From Octopus vulgaris (lineage: Eukaryota), in NCBI GenBank assembly GCA_951406725.2, contig OX597829.1, positions 47,306,001-47,370,000 of the forward strand: a DNA stretch of 64,000 nucleotides, in the 5' to 3' direction. Numbering within the stretch: the stretch's first letter is position 1; every line of letters starts with the position of its first letter. The notes under the pieces are model-generated. The model saw only the letters and a program-made list of their open reading frames with translations, was not told the origin of the DNA and did no database searches. This document shows positions 26,492 through 39,184 of this stretch, in pieces. The translations under genes and the position numbers were made by a program.

Positions 26492-26567
26492 CAACAACAA
26501 CAACACCAACAACAACATCGCAAAACACCTTAGAAGAATGAGAACCCAGGTTCGAAATTTCCCCCAA

Positions 26568-26613
26568 GACACCTGATGATGGCTGGAGGATATATCAGTC
26601 GAAATGTTGTGTC
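26568..26613 (+). ncRNA. Putative minimal type I hammerhead ribozyme (copy 1)
   Basis: GACAC-CTGATGA-T-GGCTG-(10 nt)-CAGTC-GAAA-TG-TT-GTGTC. Perfect stem I, intact core, GUU triplet. Confidence 0.75.
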
Positions 26614-26700
26614 AACACCAAACAAGATGAGAACAAATATCCATCAAATGTAAATAATGTAAATAAAGTACATAATTCATCATCTCTTAAATATAGACAG

Positions 26701-26786
<86 letters not shown>

Positions 26787-26830
26787 GTAATAATAATAAT
26801 AGTAATAGTAGTAATAATAATCATGATAAT

Positions 26831-26894
<64 letters not shown>

Positions 26895-26943
26895 GTAATA
26901 GTAGTAATAATAATCATGATAATTATAATAATAATAATAATAA

Positions 26944-27013
<70 letters not shown>

Positions 27014-27020
27014 GGTGGTG

Positions 27021-27082
<62 letters not shown>

Positions 27083-27089
27083 GGTGGTG

Positions 27090-27158
<69 letters not shown>

Positions 27159-27247
27159 ATAATAATAATAATAATAATAATAATGATGATGATAATAACA
27201 TCGAAAAATACCTTAGGAATGAGAACCCATGTTCGAAATTTCCCCAA

Positions 27248-27293
27248 GACACCTGATGAAGGCTGGGGGGTTTATCAGCCGAAACGTTGTGTT
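27248..27293 (+). ncRNA. Putative minimal type I hammerhead ribozyme (copy 2)
   Basis: GACAC-CTGATGA-A-GGCTG-(10 nt)-CAGCC-GAAA-CG-TT-GTGTT. Palindromic ACGT stem III. Confidence 0.8.
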
Positions 27294-27379
27294 AACACTA
27301 AACAAGATGAGGACAAATATCCATCAAATGTAGATAATGTAAATAATGCACATAATTCCTCATCTTTTGAATATAGAAC

Positions 27380-27525
27380 TGCAGGTACAACTCATTTTTG
27401 CTAGCTGAGTAGACTGGAGCAACGTGAAATAAAGTGTCTTGTTCAAGGACGCAATTCGCCTCTGGGAATCGACCTCACGACCACACGGTCGTGGGCCGCT
27501 TAAATTAACCATTAAGTCACGCGCT
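27380..27525 (-). mobile_element. Diverged tRNA-derived SINE fragment (another family)
   Basis: Minus strand shows TGACTTAATGGTTAA...GTCGATTCCC...CCTTGAACAAGACACTTTA. Confidence 0.55.
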
Positions 27526-27608
27526 GTCACATTGAAACAGAGCGAAGTGGAGTCAAGACGAAGGTCATATAGAGTTTTGTAAAGCCAGATATATGATTTT
27601 AAGTATAT

Positions 27609-27776
27609 AGGTGCAGGAGTGGCTGTGTGGTAAGTAGCTTGCTTACTAACTACATGGTTCCGGGTTCAGTCCCACTGCGTGGCACCTTGGGCAAGTGTCT
27701 TCTACTATAGGCCCGAGCCGACCAAAGCCTTGTGAGTAGATATTTGGTAGACGGAAACTGAAAGAAGCCTGTCGTA

Positions 27777-27857
<81 letters not shown>

Positions 27858-28053
27858 TTGTGTGTCTGTGTTTGTCCTCCTAGCATTGCTTGACAACCGA
27901 CGCTGGTGTGTTTACGTCGCCGTCACTTAGCGGTTCGGCAAAAGTGACCGATAGAATAAGTCCCGGGGTCGGTTTGTTCGACTAAAGGCGGTGCTCCAGC
28001 ATGGCCGCAGTCAAATGACTGAAACAAGTAAAAGTGTAAAAGAGTAAAAGAGT
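27609..28053 (+). mobile_element. SINE family A, full length
   Basis: Same head, body and tail as the other copies. Confidence 0.9.
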
Positions 28054-28289
28054 ATAATCAGCTACCGTTGTCGTCGTCGTCATTGCAGCCGCCGCCGCCG
28101 CCTCCGCCCCGTCGTCAACTGTCATTGATATGTCCACGTTAACTGTTCTTGTTCAGAAATCATCTCTAGCAGATTCGTATGTGGGGCACTGAGCCTGCTC
28201 TTGATCTGCTGCAACGATGACATCTACTGCGAGTGAAGTTACTTGACGCAACAGAGAAACGACGCCTCTTATGTCCCCTTTCGTACTCC

Positions 28290-28600
28290 CTAAGTTGTTT
28301 CTCTTCAACAGCTTGAATTACGAGCCTCAGTGATCGGTGTCCTTCATCGTACCGAAGGGCCTTCTACCTTCCAGGTGTCTGAGAAAGTGCCGGAGTCCTT
28401 CATATGTCTTTTCAGCACATTCTTATATCGCAACGGCAGCTCCTGCTCTTACGCAGTTCAGCGTAGAAAACTGCCTTCAGGAGCCTACCGTAAACAATTC
28501 TGCAAACATATCTCGTCCAGCTATACTAAAACAATGTATTTGAAATGGGGTGAGATATTCAGGGGAAACACGGAGGGCATGTAGACAGCAATTTGTTTCC
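28290..28600 (-). mobile_element. RTE-clade LINE C-terminal fragment
   Basis: Minus strand peptides SWTRYVCRIVYGRLLKAVFYAEL...LRYKNVLKRHMK...TWK match the RTE pattern RW.GHV.RM..RLPK..LY.EL...RYKD.LK. Confidence 0.65.
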
Positions 28601-29132
28601 ATATAAAACAAGTGAAAGTACGTAAGTGTGTGTCATTTTAACTGCAAGGCGAAACAATGAGATATTAAATATAAAACTTAGCAAATTTAATGTTCTTTCA
28701 TTTTACATGAAGTAAAATTTTATGCATCATTTTGTCGTCTGTTTTGATTTACAGGGATAAAGTTACTGTTTGCTTTTTCATATACATAACACGTGTGTTT
28801 GTGTGTGTGTGTGTTATTACAGAATCACGTACTCACATACACACACACACACATATACATATATATATAAGGAAAGTATATATATTGAGAGTGTGTGTGT
28901 CAGAGAGGCAGGCAGTAACAGACAGGAAAAGATGAAAAAACACAGAAGATTTGTTTTGCAGGAATAAGGAGTATATTAGAATCTTGATAATAAAGATATT
29001 ATACAATTTTGTACAAAATGAGATTTTGTACAAAATAAGATTGTATTCTTTCAACATAATTAAAGTAAGAACCGGTTTCTCATTGCTCATCAAGCTAAGG
29101 GTGAAAATTTGACATATTGCTAGGGGAAAGAC

Positions 29133-29205
<73 letters not shown>

Positions 29206-29238
29206 TGCGTGTAGGCATGTATATACACATGTATATGG

Positions 29239-29272
<34 letters not shown>

Positions 29273-29707
29273 GTGTGTGTTATGCAAATATGAGTTGTTC
29301 TTGTTTATCGAGTGACTTTACCGTTTATTGAAACTGAAACAATGGTATCATGGATGTGTCACTTTAACTCTTTACACGTAGATAAATAACAGTCGAGCTC
29401 ATATAATTTTTTTTTTGTTTTTTTTTTTTTGTTTGTTTCTCTTTCCGTCTTAATAATACGGTATTATTTCTTAATAGTTCTTTATTGCGAAGTGTCAAAA
29501 GTGTCATCGTACCTCTTGCTTCGGAGTCGCTGACATTATTTCCCATTTGCAGTCACAGAGGAGACTCTGTGGAATCGGGGACCCCAGAAAATTGCTAAGA
29601 AACTATTTGACATTCATAATAGATTGTTCTGCTGAGAATAAACTAAACAGAAAGTCATGAAAACTTCGTGTGCGAAAATATATTCCTTTATTACATATAT
29701 ACATATA

Positions 29708-29856
<149 letters not shown>

Positions 29857-30039
29857 TACATGTATATATATGTATATATATATATATGATTGTATATATA
29901 TATATATATATATGCGTGTGCATATATAATATACACACATAAATATACATGTATATATATGTATACATGTACATATATAATTGTATATATATGTGTGCAT
30001 ATATATATATATATATGCACACATATAAATATACATGTA

Positions 30040-30086
<47 letters not shown>

Positions 30087-30097
30087 GTATATGATTG

Positions 30098-30132
<35 letters not shown>

Positions 30133-30151
30133 ATATGTATATATATGATTG

Positions 30152-30204
<53 letters not shown>

Positions 30205-30217
30205 TATTTATGTGTGT

Positions 30218-30272
<55 letters not shown>

Positions 30273-30444
30273 TGTGTGTGTTTAGGAAACAGTTTCACCC
30301 GGATATGAGCCGAGAAGTAATTGCCTCTGAAAGTCTGGCTAAAGTGGTTAATGCTCCCATAGCTACTATGCGACTGTCATACTGAATCTCAAGGAATATC
30401 TCATTAACCTAAAGCACCAAGCTTTTCCGTTTCTTATGGGAAGG

Positions 30445-32139
30445 ATAGATTCCAATGGTTAGGACATTTGTCTGCTGTCAACTTCCACTCCCCTCTCTGG
30501 GGCCGATATGACTACAGAAATATACTTATCACAGCAACAGTGATAACGATGACGGAAATGTAAGTGAACCAGTGTAGGCGTTTTTCGTGCAATATTCCTT
30601 TCTGCAGCTCATCACTTTGATTAAGCTTTTTTCGAGCAACCAAGGATCAATCGTAAACCAAAATTGGGCGTCTTGTGGTTAGCAGCCAACCACTGCACGT
30701 GCAGCTGAAGAAGGCCATCAGCTAGAACTTAACTCCTGCGTTCAATAGAATCTTAGTGAGGGTACGGGCGACAACAGTCTGGTAGTGGTTCTGAGCTTTG
30801 ATGCGAACAATCTGAGCAGTCTCTTGAGAAAAGCTTACAAGTCGGTAACCATGGGGACGGCTTCCAATAGTCCTTGCCTTGACAGTGCTATGGGAATGGG
30901 GCTGCCATACATAGTCAAGACAAGTTCTTCGGACATAGAAGGGCCAACAGCCGAACCTGTCCATGATGCGCTCAAAAGGACGGACGAAACTCTTCTGCAT
31001 TCTCTCGATCAAAGCTCTTGCATTACTGAGGTGAAAGTTTGAATGAACAATTGTTGTGACGTGTACGACGAACTTGGTTATCTGCTTAATCTACAGTAAA
31101 TGCTTACGTTGCATATAAATTCTTTAATCATTCGATTCCATGTAAATCCCCACAGTTTGTGCTTGTCTTTGTATGGTCACCCCCCGTCATCTGTCGTCCT
31201 GATAGCAAGGCCAAGATATTAACATGAAGATTGTTGGCGCCAGTCGTCGGTATCTCATCGGGGAAGCGCAAACTTGCGCAATCCTGAACACAGAACAGAC
31301 CATCCACGCAATACAACACAAAGAAGGTTTGGAGCAAAGTTAGTTTCGGTGGGACCTTGATCAATTTAGAACAGTCGAAAGCTTTCAATAAGATTGACCT
31401 TCGTTATATGGACGACATCGTGAAATTGGCTGAATTCGGACCCATTTTCAGAGGCTGGTTTACTACGATGCACAGCGATGGTTAAACTAAAAGGCCACTT
31501 CTCGGAAGAGTTTCTCATCACAAGCCAGTCTGTTAAGGCTAACCGCTCTCACCTCTTCTGTAAGTGATGCCTTTCGAGTCATTGTTGAAGAATTTGGAAC
31601 ATTTAAGGAGGCTTCTCTTTCGAAATGGAGACAGTGGGGGCTATGTCAACCTATGTGGACGATGTCACCGTCATGGTGTCGGATGCCACTAAAGGTGATA
31701 CTGGTGGCATCAATTTAAAGAAATACTAGTCAGTAAAAGAATCTAAGATCAAGCCGGTGGGTTTGCAGCTGAGCAACAGGAGAGGCAATTTCATGCTATC
31801 AGATGATGTTGTTGGCTCAGTTTAACTCAAAGATTCTCATGTAGGGTCTATATGGCCCTTGGAGTTCCATATAAGATTCAGTCGTTAAAATCTATGTGCA
31901 ATAAATCGCTTTTACTCCTACAATACACAAAATATTTTAATAAATGTTTATACATTTCCTAAACATATAAGTAAGTATACATTTCCTAATTATATAGATT
32001 CCACTTACCACACTGGTTCACTTACATTTCCGTCATCGTTATCACTGTTGCTGTGATAAGTATATTTCTGCAGTCATATCAGCCCCAGAGAGGGAATGGG
32101 AGTTGACAGCAGACACATTTCCTAACCAGTGGAATCTAT
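30445..32139. repeat. ~130-bp inverted repeat pair (30445-30576 / 32010-32139)
   Basis: AGAAATATACTTATCACAGCAACAGTGATAACGATGACGGAAATGTAAGTGAACCAGTG and its reverse complement. Confidence 0.85.
31200..31820 (+). mobile_element. Tx1/L1-clade RT fragment (decayed)
   Basis: GGTLINLEQSKAFNKIDLRYM...FGPIFRGWF and STYVDDVTV motifs. Confidence 0.75.
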
Positions 32140-32164
32140 ATAATTAGGAAATGAATATGTATAA

Positions 32165-32243
32165 ACATATAAACTTAGATAAACTTAGATATGTTTCGAC
32201 CAAAGATTGGTCCAGGCCATGTCTAACTTAATAGCACCACCTG
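32165..32243 (-). mobile_element. CR1/L2-type LINE extreme 3' tail
   Basis: Matches 39185-39260 with no differences that I can see. Confidence 0.85.
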
Positions 32244-32789
32244 ATGATATAAGTAAGTATAACTGAGTGGATATGAGGATCTTCTCGATTAAAATAGGAA
32301 TCAAAGGGGTCCATAGGTAAAAAGTGGTTGACAACCACTGGTTTAGCTGTTCGAGGTCTGGTTCGATCCCGACCGCCAAGAGGATAAGAATTGGGACGAG
32401 GTGGTGCAAAGGGTAGCCAGTCATACCCAGCAATGAGCAGAGAGGAAGCAGTCCCTGAAAGGCAGGTCAGATGAGGTGAAACCTTACATCGTCTCCGTTG
32501 TTATTTATTACCTGACCGTCATGCATTGCGCCAGTGACCACCTGATCAGAGTGGAACATGACAACTGACCACCTTTATCTTCGGTAGACAAAGGACTTTG
32601 TGTTATACAAAGCAGAGTAGAAAACAATTATTGACCAAATTAATTAGTATAATTTAAATAAAAATTAACCATAAAAAAACAATTTTCATTGTTATGGTAT
32701 TTAGCGTATTGGTATTTGTCTGGCCATTTCGAGTTATTTCCCTTAGCTCATTTTTGTCCATATATGTGTACGTGTACCGTGTATGTATG

Positions 32790-32837
<48 letters not shown>

Positions 32838-32921
32838 ATGAGTTTGTGTGTGTGTATATGTGTGTATATATAATATATATACACACACACATATACACAC
32901 ACACAAACGCATATATATATA

Positions 32922-32980
<59 letters not shown>

Positions 32981-32983
32981 ATA

Positions 32984-33018
<35 letters not shown>

Positions 33019-33038
33019 TATACACACACACACGTGTG

Positions 33039-33130
<92 letters not shown>

Positions 33131-33396
33131 TATATATATATAAGCGTTTGTGTGTGTGTATATGTGTGTGTATATAATATGTATATATATATATACATAT
33201 TGTAATCCCTCGTCTATCGCGGGTGTTACGTTCCACCCCCCACCCCACCCACCCACGACAGGTGAACCGCGATATGGCGAGGAATTGCTGTATGCATGTG
33301 TGTGTGTGTGTGTGTGTCTGTCTGTCTGTCTGAGTGTGTGTGTGTATGCAAATAACATATGAAAGTCTATATGTATGTTTTCGTGTATATGTCTCT

Positions 33397-33437
<41 letters not shown>

Positions 33438-33438
33438 A

Positions 33439-33471
<33 letters not shown>

Positions 33472-33548
33472 AACATACACTCACATACTTATGGATACAC
33501 TGACATACACTCTTACAGACATACAAACTCTTATAGACACACACACAC

Positions 33549-33594
<46 letters not shown>

Positions 33595-33850
33595 CGATAT
33601 GCATTTTCACATTTGTGTATAATTCGATAAGTGGAACGAACATCAAGCGATTATTTTGTAGCAGTAGAATAACAACGGAGAACAACCACCAACCGAACAT
33701 CAGTAAATAAATAACTATGACACAATCATTACGATAACAGAACGATTAAAACGGGTGGCGTTACATAACCCTTTGAAATAATTTAATCTACCATCTCATT
33801 GCTTTTATTATTATTATTATAATGATTATTATGATGATTATTATTATTTC

Positions 33851-33882
33851 GGTTAGGGTTAGAGGTTAGGGTTAGGGTTAGG
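33851..33882 (+). repeat. Short interstitial (TTAGGG)n
   Basis: About five units inside a probable dispersed repeat. Confidence 0.7.
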
Positions 33883-34005
33883 GGTGGGGGGAAAAAGGGT
33901 TTCTTTTTTTTTTCTGCAGAAATGTAAATAAACCCACGTGGGATTTATAATTGGCAGTTATGGTACTTGTACCGAAAGATCGTCTTATTATTATTATTAT
34001 CATCA

Positions 34006-34039
<34 letters not shown>

Positions 34040-34044
34040 TTTTT

Positions 34045-34294
34045 TTTTCTTCTTTCAAATTTGCTTCCATTTCTTGCCGAGTGTCTTCCCGACCCCTAGG
34101 GCAAAGAAACTCATAGTATACATTGGTAGGCCATTAAACCAAACTCAATAGTTCGTTCATTTTTTTTATTAAAAAAAATTTTTTTTTAAGTTAAATTAAA
34201 ATACATGAGCAGCAACAGTTCTCACATCGACAATGCTCTTCTCAATATGTGTCGATGTGAGAACTGTTGCTGCTCATGTATTTTAATTTAACTT
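34045..34294 (-). mobile_element. R4/Dong-type 3' end with perfect 45-bp fold-back
   Basis: Minus strand HILRRALSM* plus a 3' UTR shared with 50065-50290. Arms at 34188-34232 and 34250-34294. Confidence 0.75.
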
Positions 34295-34300
34295 TAAAAA

Positions 34301-34842
<542 letters not shown>

Positions 34843-34861
34843 TGTTGTTGTTGTTGTTGTT

Positions 34862-35180
34862 GCTCGTAAAATTTACGTGAAAGTGGCTGAGCACTCCACA
34901 GACACGTGTACCCTTAACGTAGTTCTCGGGGGTGGTGGATTCAGCATGACACAGAGTGTGACAAGGCTGGTTCTTTGAAATACAGGTACAACAGACACAA
35001 AGAGTGAGAGAAAGTTGTGGTGAAAGAGTACAGCAGGGATCACCACCACCTCCTGCAGGAGCCCCGTGTAGCTTTAGGTGCTTTCGCTCAATAAACACTC
35101 ACAACGTCCGGTCTGGGAATCGAAACCGCGATCCTACGACCGCGAGTCCGTTGCCCTAACCATCGGGTCATTGCACCTCC
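34862..35180 (-). mobile_element. tRNA(Arg)-like SINE family C
   Basis: Reverse complement of 35997-36320. Confidence 0.85.
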
Positions 35181-35229
35181 AATAAGTAAGCTAAAGTATT
35201 TTCAATCCCGTGTCTAGATGAATAATAAT

Positions 35230-35840
35230 CCTTTCTTCTGGTGGCACAAGGCCTCGAATTTCCTGGGAGGGGACTAGTCGATTACATCGTAACTGGTACC
35301 TAATTTATCGACCCCGAAAGGATGAAAGGCACAGTCGACCTCGGCGGAATTTGAACTCAGAACGTAGCCGGAGACGAAATACCTATTTCTTCACTACCCA
35401 CAAGGGGCTAAACACAGAGAGGACGGACAAGGATAGACAAATGGATTAAGTAGATTTCATCGATCCCAGTGTGCAACTGGTACTTAATTTATCAACCCCG
35501 AAAGGATGAAAGGCAAAGTCGACCTCGGCGGAATTTGAACTCAGAACGTAATGACAGACGAAATACCGCTAAGCATTTCGCCCGGCGTGCTAACGTTTCT
35601 GCCAGCTCACCGCCATTTATACATGAAAAAAAAAAAATTATTTCAAATTTTTGCCACAAGGGCAGCTTGGGAGAAGGGATTAAATCGATTACATCGATCC
35701 CAGTGCGTAACAGCTATATACAATTAATTTATCGACTCCGAGAGAATGAAAGGCAAAGTCCACCCCGGCGGGATTTGAACTCAGGACGTAACGGCAGACG
35801 AAATACTGCAAAGCGTTTTGCCAGGCGTGTAGCTCGCCGT
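35230..35840 (-). mobile_element. SINE family B cluster (two-body copy plus a diverged copy)
   Basis: Junction GAAATACCTATTTC near 35376. Second copy at 35640-35840. Confidence 0.8.
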
Positions 35841-35996
35841 CTTAGTATACATGAATAATAATGAATAACAACGTGGAACTTGCCAGTTCAACACATTAAG
35901 TCGTCAGACCTCATATCTCACCCAACAGTCTCATGCATTATGTAGGTGTGTGTGTGCGCGCGCGCTTGTATGAACGTAAGTAGGGTATGTGTATGT

Positions 35997-36378
35997 GGAG
36001 GCGCAATGGCCCAGTGGTTAGGGCAGCGGACTCGCGGTCGTAGGATCGCGGTTTCGATTCCCAGACCGGGCGTTGTGAGTGTTTATTGAGCGAAAACACC
36101 TAAAAGCTCCACGAGGCTCCGACAGGGGATGGTGGTGATCCCTGCTGTACTCTTTCAACACAACTTTCTCTCACTCTTACTTCCTGTTTCTGTTGTACCT
36201 GTATTTCAAAAGGGCCAGCCTTGTCACTCTCTGTGTCACGCTGAATATCCCCGAGAACTACGTTAAGAGTACACGTGTCTGTGGAGTGCTCAGCCACTTA
36301 CACGTTCATTTCACGAGCAGGCTGTTCCGTTGATCGGATCAACTGGAACCCTCGTCGTCGTAACCGACGGAGTGCTTC
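35997..36378 (+). mobile_element. tRNA(Arg)-like SINE family C, full length (resembles octopus OR-type SINEs)
   Basis: TGGCCCAGTGGTTAGGGCAGCGGAC-TCG-CGG...GGTTTCGATTCCC head with TCG anticodon. Confidence 0.8.
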
Positions 36379-36379
36379 C

Positions 36380-37445
36380 ATGTGTATGTATCTATGTATG
36401 TGTGTATGCATGTAATTTATGAATGTACGTTATGGTTATGTATCTACATGCGTGTGTATGTGTGCATGCACGTAATTTAAGAATGTATGTGTATGTTCAT
36501 GTATCCACCTGTGTGTATGTCTGTATGCATGTATGTAAAAATGTATGTGTGTGCATGTACGTATCTACGTATGTGTGTATGCCTGTAATTTAAGAATGTT
36601 AGTGTATGTTTATGTATCTACATGTGTGTGTATGTGTGTATGTATATATGTATGTATGTACTATGTGTGTATACATGTATATGTAAGAATGTATGTGTGT
36701 GTATGTACGTATCTGCGTGTGTGCCGATGCATGTACTGTATGGAGTGTATGTATGTATGCATGTATGTATGTATGTATGTATGTATGTATGTATGTATGT
36801 ATTATGTATTTATGTATGTATGTATGTATGTATGTATGTATGTATGTATGTGTGTATGTGTGTATGTATGTATGTATGTATGTATGTATGTATGTGTGTG
36901 TATGTATGTATGAGTGCGTATGTATGTATGTATTTATGTATGTATGTATGTATGTATGTATGTATGTATTATGTATTTATGTATGTATGTATGTATGTGT
37001 GTGTATGTATGTATGAGTGCGTATGTATGTATGCATGTATTTATGTATGTATGTATGTATGTGTGTGTGTATGTATGTTTGTGTATGTATGTATGTATGT
37101 GTGTATGTATGTATGTATGTATGTATGCATGTATGTATGTATGTATGTATGTATGTATGTATGTATGTATGTATGTATGTATGTATGTATGTGTGTGTGT
37201 GTGTATGTATGTATGTGTGTGTATGTATGTATGTATGTATGTATGTATGTATGTTTGTATGTATGTATGTATGAATATGTGTATGTATGTATGTATGTAT
37301 GTATGTATGTGTGTATGTATGTATGTATGTGTGTATGTATGTATGTATGTATGTATGTATGCATGCATGAATGTGTGTATGTCTGTATGCGTGTGTATGA
37401 ATGCATGTAATGTAAATAGTATGTGTGTATGTATCTACGCATGTG
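36380..37445. repeat. Degenerate (TATG)n array
   Basis: Direct reading. Confidence 0.9.
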
Positions 37446-37449
37446 TAAC

Positions 37450-38652
37450 TCTCCATCCCTGGAGTGCAAGGGAAGCTTCTAAAGTGGTTTAAATTCTTTC
37501 TGGTGAACAGAACGCATCACGTGATGATCATTGGTGCTCGATCAAGCACAGCAAAAGTCATCTGTCGTGTCCCACAAGGCACTGTGTTAGGCCCACTCCT
37601 GTTCTTTATCTATATAAATGACGTCATCAGAGTCATTAAATACAGTAATATAAAAAAAATTTCACGGATGACTGTAAGCTTCTGAAGGTTGTCGACAGGA
37701 TGGGAGACCGGCCATCCCTTCAATCAGACCTAATTGCTTTTATTCAATTGGCACAGAAACATAACATGCAACTGAACGAAAACAAGTTTGAGTTAATCCA
37801 CTTTGGGAAAGAGGCTGCACTTAAACAATCATATATTCTTCCTTCAGGCGAACACCTCACGGCATCAAACACAGCTAGGGACCTCGGTGCGACTATCGAC
37901 GATAACTTAAGTTTGAGTGTCCACATAAACAAGAAAGTCGACATGGCCCGCAGGGTGTGCTTCTGGATCCTCGGGACTTTCCAGTCTAGAGATGCCTCTT
38001 ATTCTTCTTTTTTCCTTCTTTTTTCTACCTTCGCCCGCCCTCACTTTGAATACTGTTGCCCACTATGGTCTTCCTACACGAACCAGAATATTAAAAAGCT
38101 TGAAGCACCCCAGTGATCAATTACAAAAAATATTGCTGGCATGTTTAATTTTAATTACTGGGATCGACTCGCGAATCTTAAACTGTATTCTCTCCAGCGC
38201 CGCGGAGATCGCTTTCTTATTTGTATGAGGTGGAAACTGTTCCGACAGTATTGCCCAAATGATATCGGTATCACTTTTAAAATCCACCCAAGGCTTGGTC
38301 CCCGTGTCATGCATCCTATACAGAATTCGTGCTCTCAGCACATCACATCACTAAGACAGAACTACTTCTCCTCAACTTGAACTGATCTTTTTAACATCAT
38401 TCCAAAACATATAAAGGAGGAACAAAATTTCATAACCTTCAAAAAGTTCCTGGATGAACATCTCCAACAAATTCCAGATAAACCACCAACACCCGGATAT
38501 ACTGCTGCAAACGACGACTCTTTAATCGAATGGGCAATGGTGCCTAAAAATAACTATACAAAAATACATTACTAAATGTCTTTTCCAGGTGGTGCTACTA
38601 AGTTAGCTATGGCCAGGGCCAATGTGGCCGAAACCTATCTAAGTATCTAAGT
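37450..38652 (+). mobile_element. CR1/L2-type LINE, 5'-truncated and frameshifted
   Basis: VPQGTVLGPLLFFIYIND, RDLG, RPHFEYCCPLWS and LKLYSLQRR motifs. Tail TATCTAAG twice. Confidence 0.9.
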
Positions 38653-39184
38653 ATGTGTTATTGTGTGTATGTATAAATGTATGTGTATGAGTGTATGCAA
38701 TATAAGAAATGTATGTGTGTATATGTGTATGTATTGTATGTATGCATATGTGTGTGCATTTAGGTATGTATAGATGTGTAAATACAAACACACATATGTA
38801 TGTATGTATGTATGTAAGTGTGTATGTATGTATGTATGTATGTATGTATGTATGTATGTATGTATGTATGTATGTATGTATGTATGTATGTATGTATGTA
38901 TGTATGTATGTATGTATGTATGTATGTATGTATGTATGCAATGCATGTATGTATGGATAATTCTTCTAAGGAACTTCTAGATAGTAACTCGACATACTAG
39001 AAATATCAGCCGAATTTCCTTCACATCATTCTCTGATATCATGTGAATATGAGTGAATGTATGTGTGCATGTGTGTGTGTGTGTGTGTGTGTATGTGTGT
39101 GTGTGTGTGTGTGTGTGTACATGCAAACATTCATATATATGTTTATATATATACACACATATATATTATCAAATATATATATAT

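Larger units (their letters stand above)
26515..27379 (+). repeat. Two ~185-bp direct repeats (26515-26700, 27197-27379) separated by (AAT)n/(AGT)n/(GGT)n
   Basis: The units align end to end at an offset of about 680 bp. Confidence 0.9.

Noticed and set aside
33851-33882. Telomere or fusion site
   Set aside because: Only about five TTAGGG units in one orientation within a dispersed repeat.
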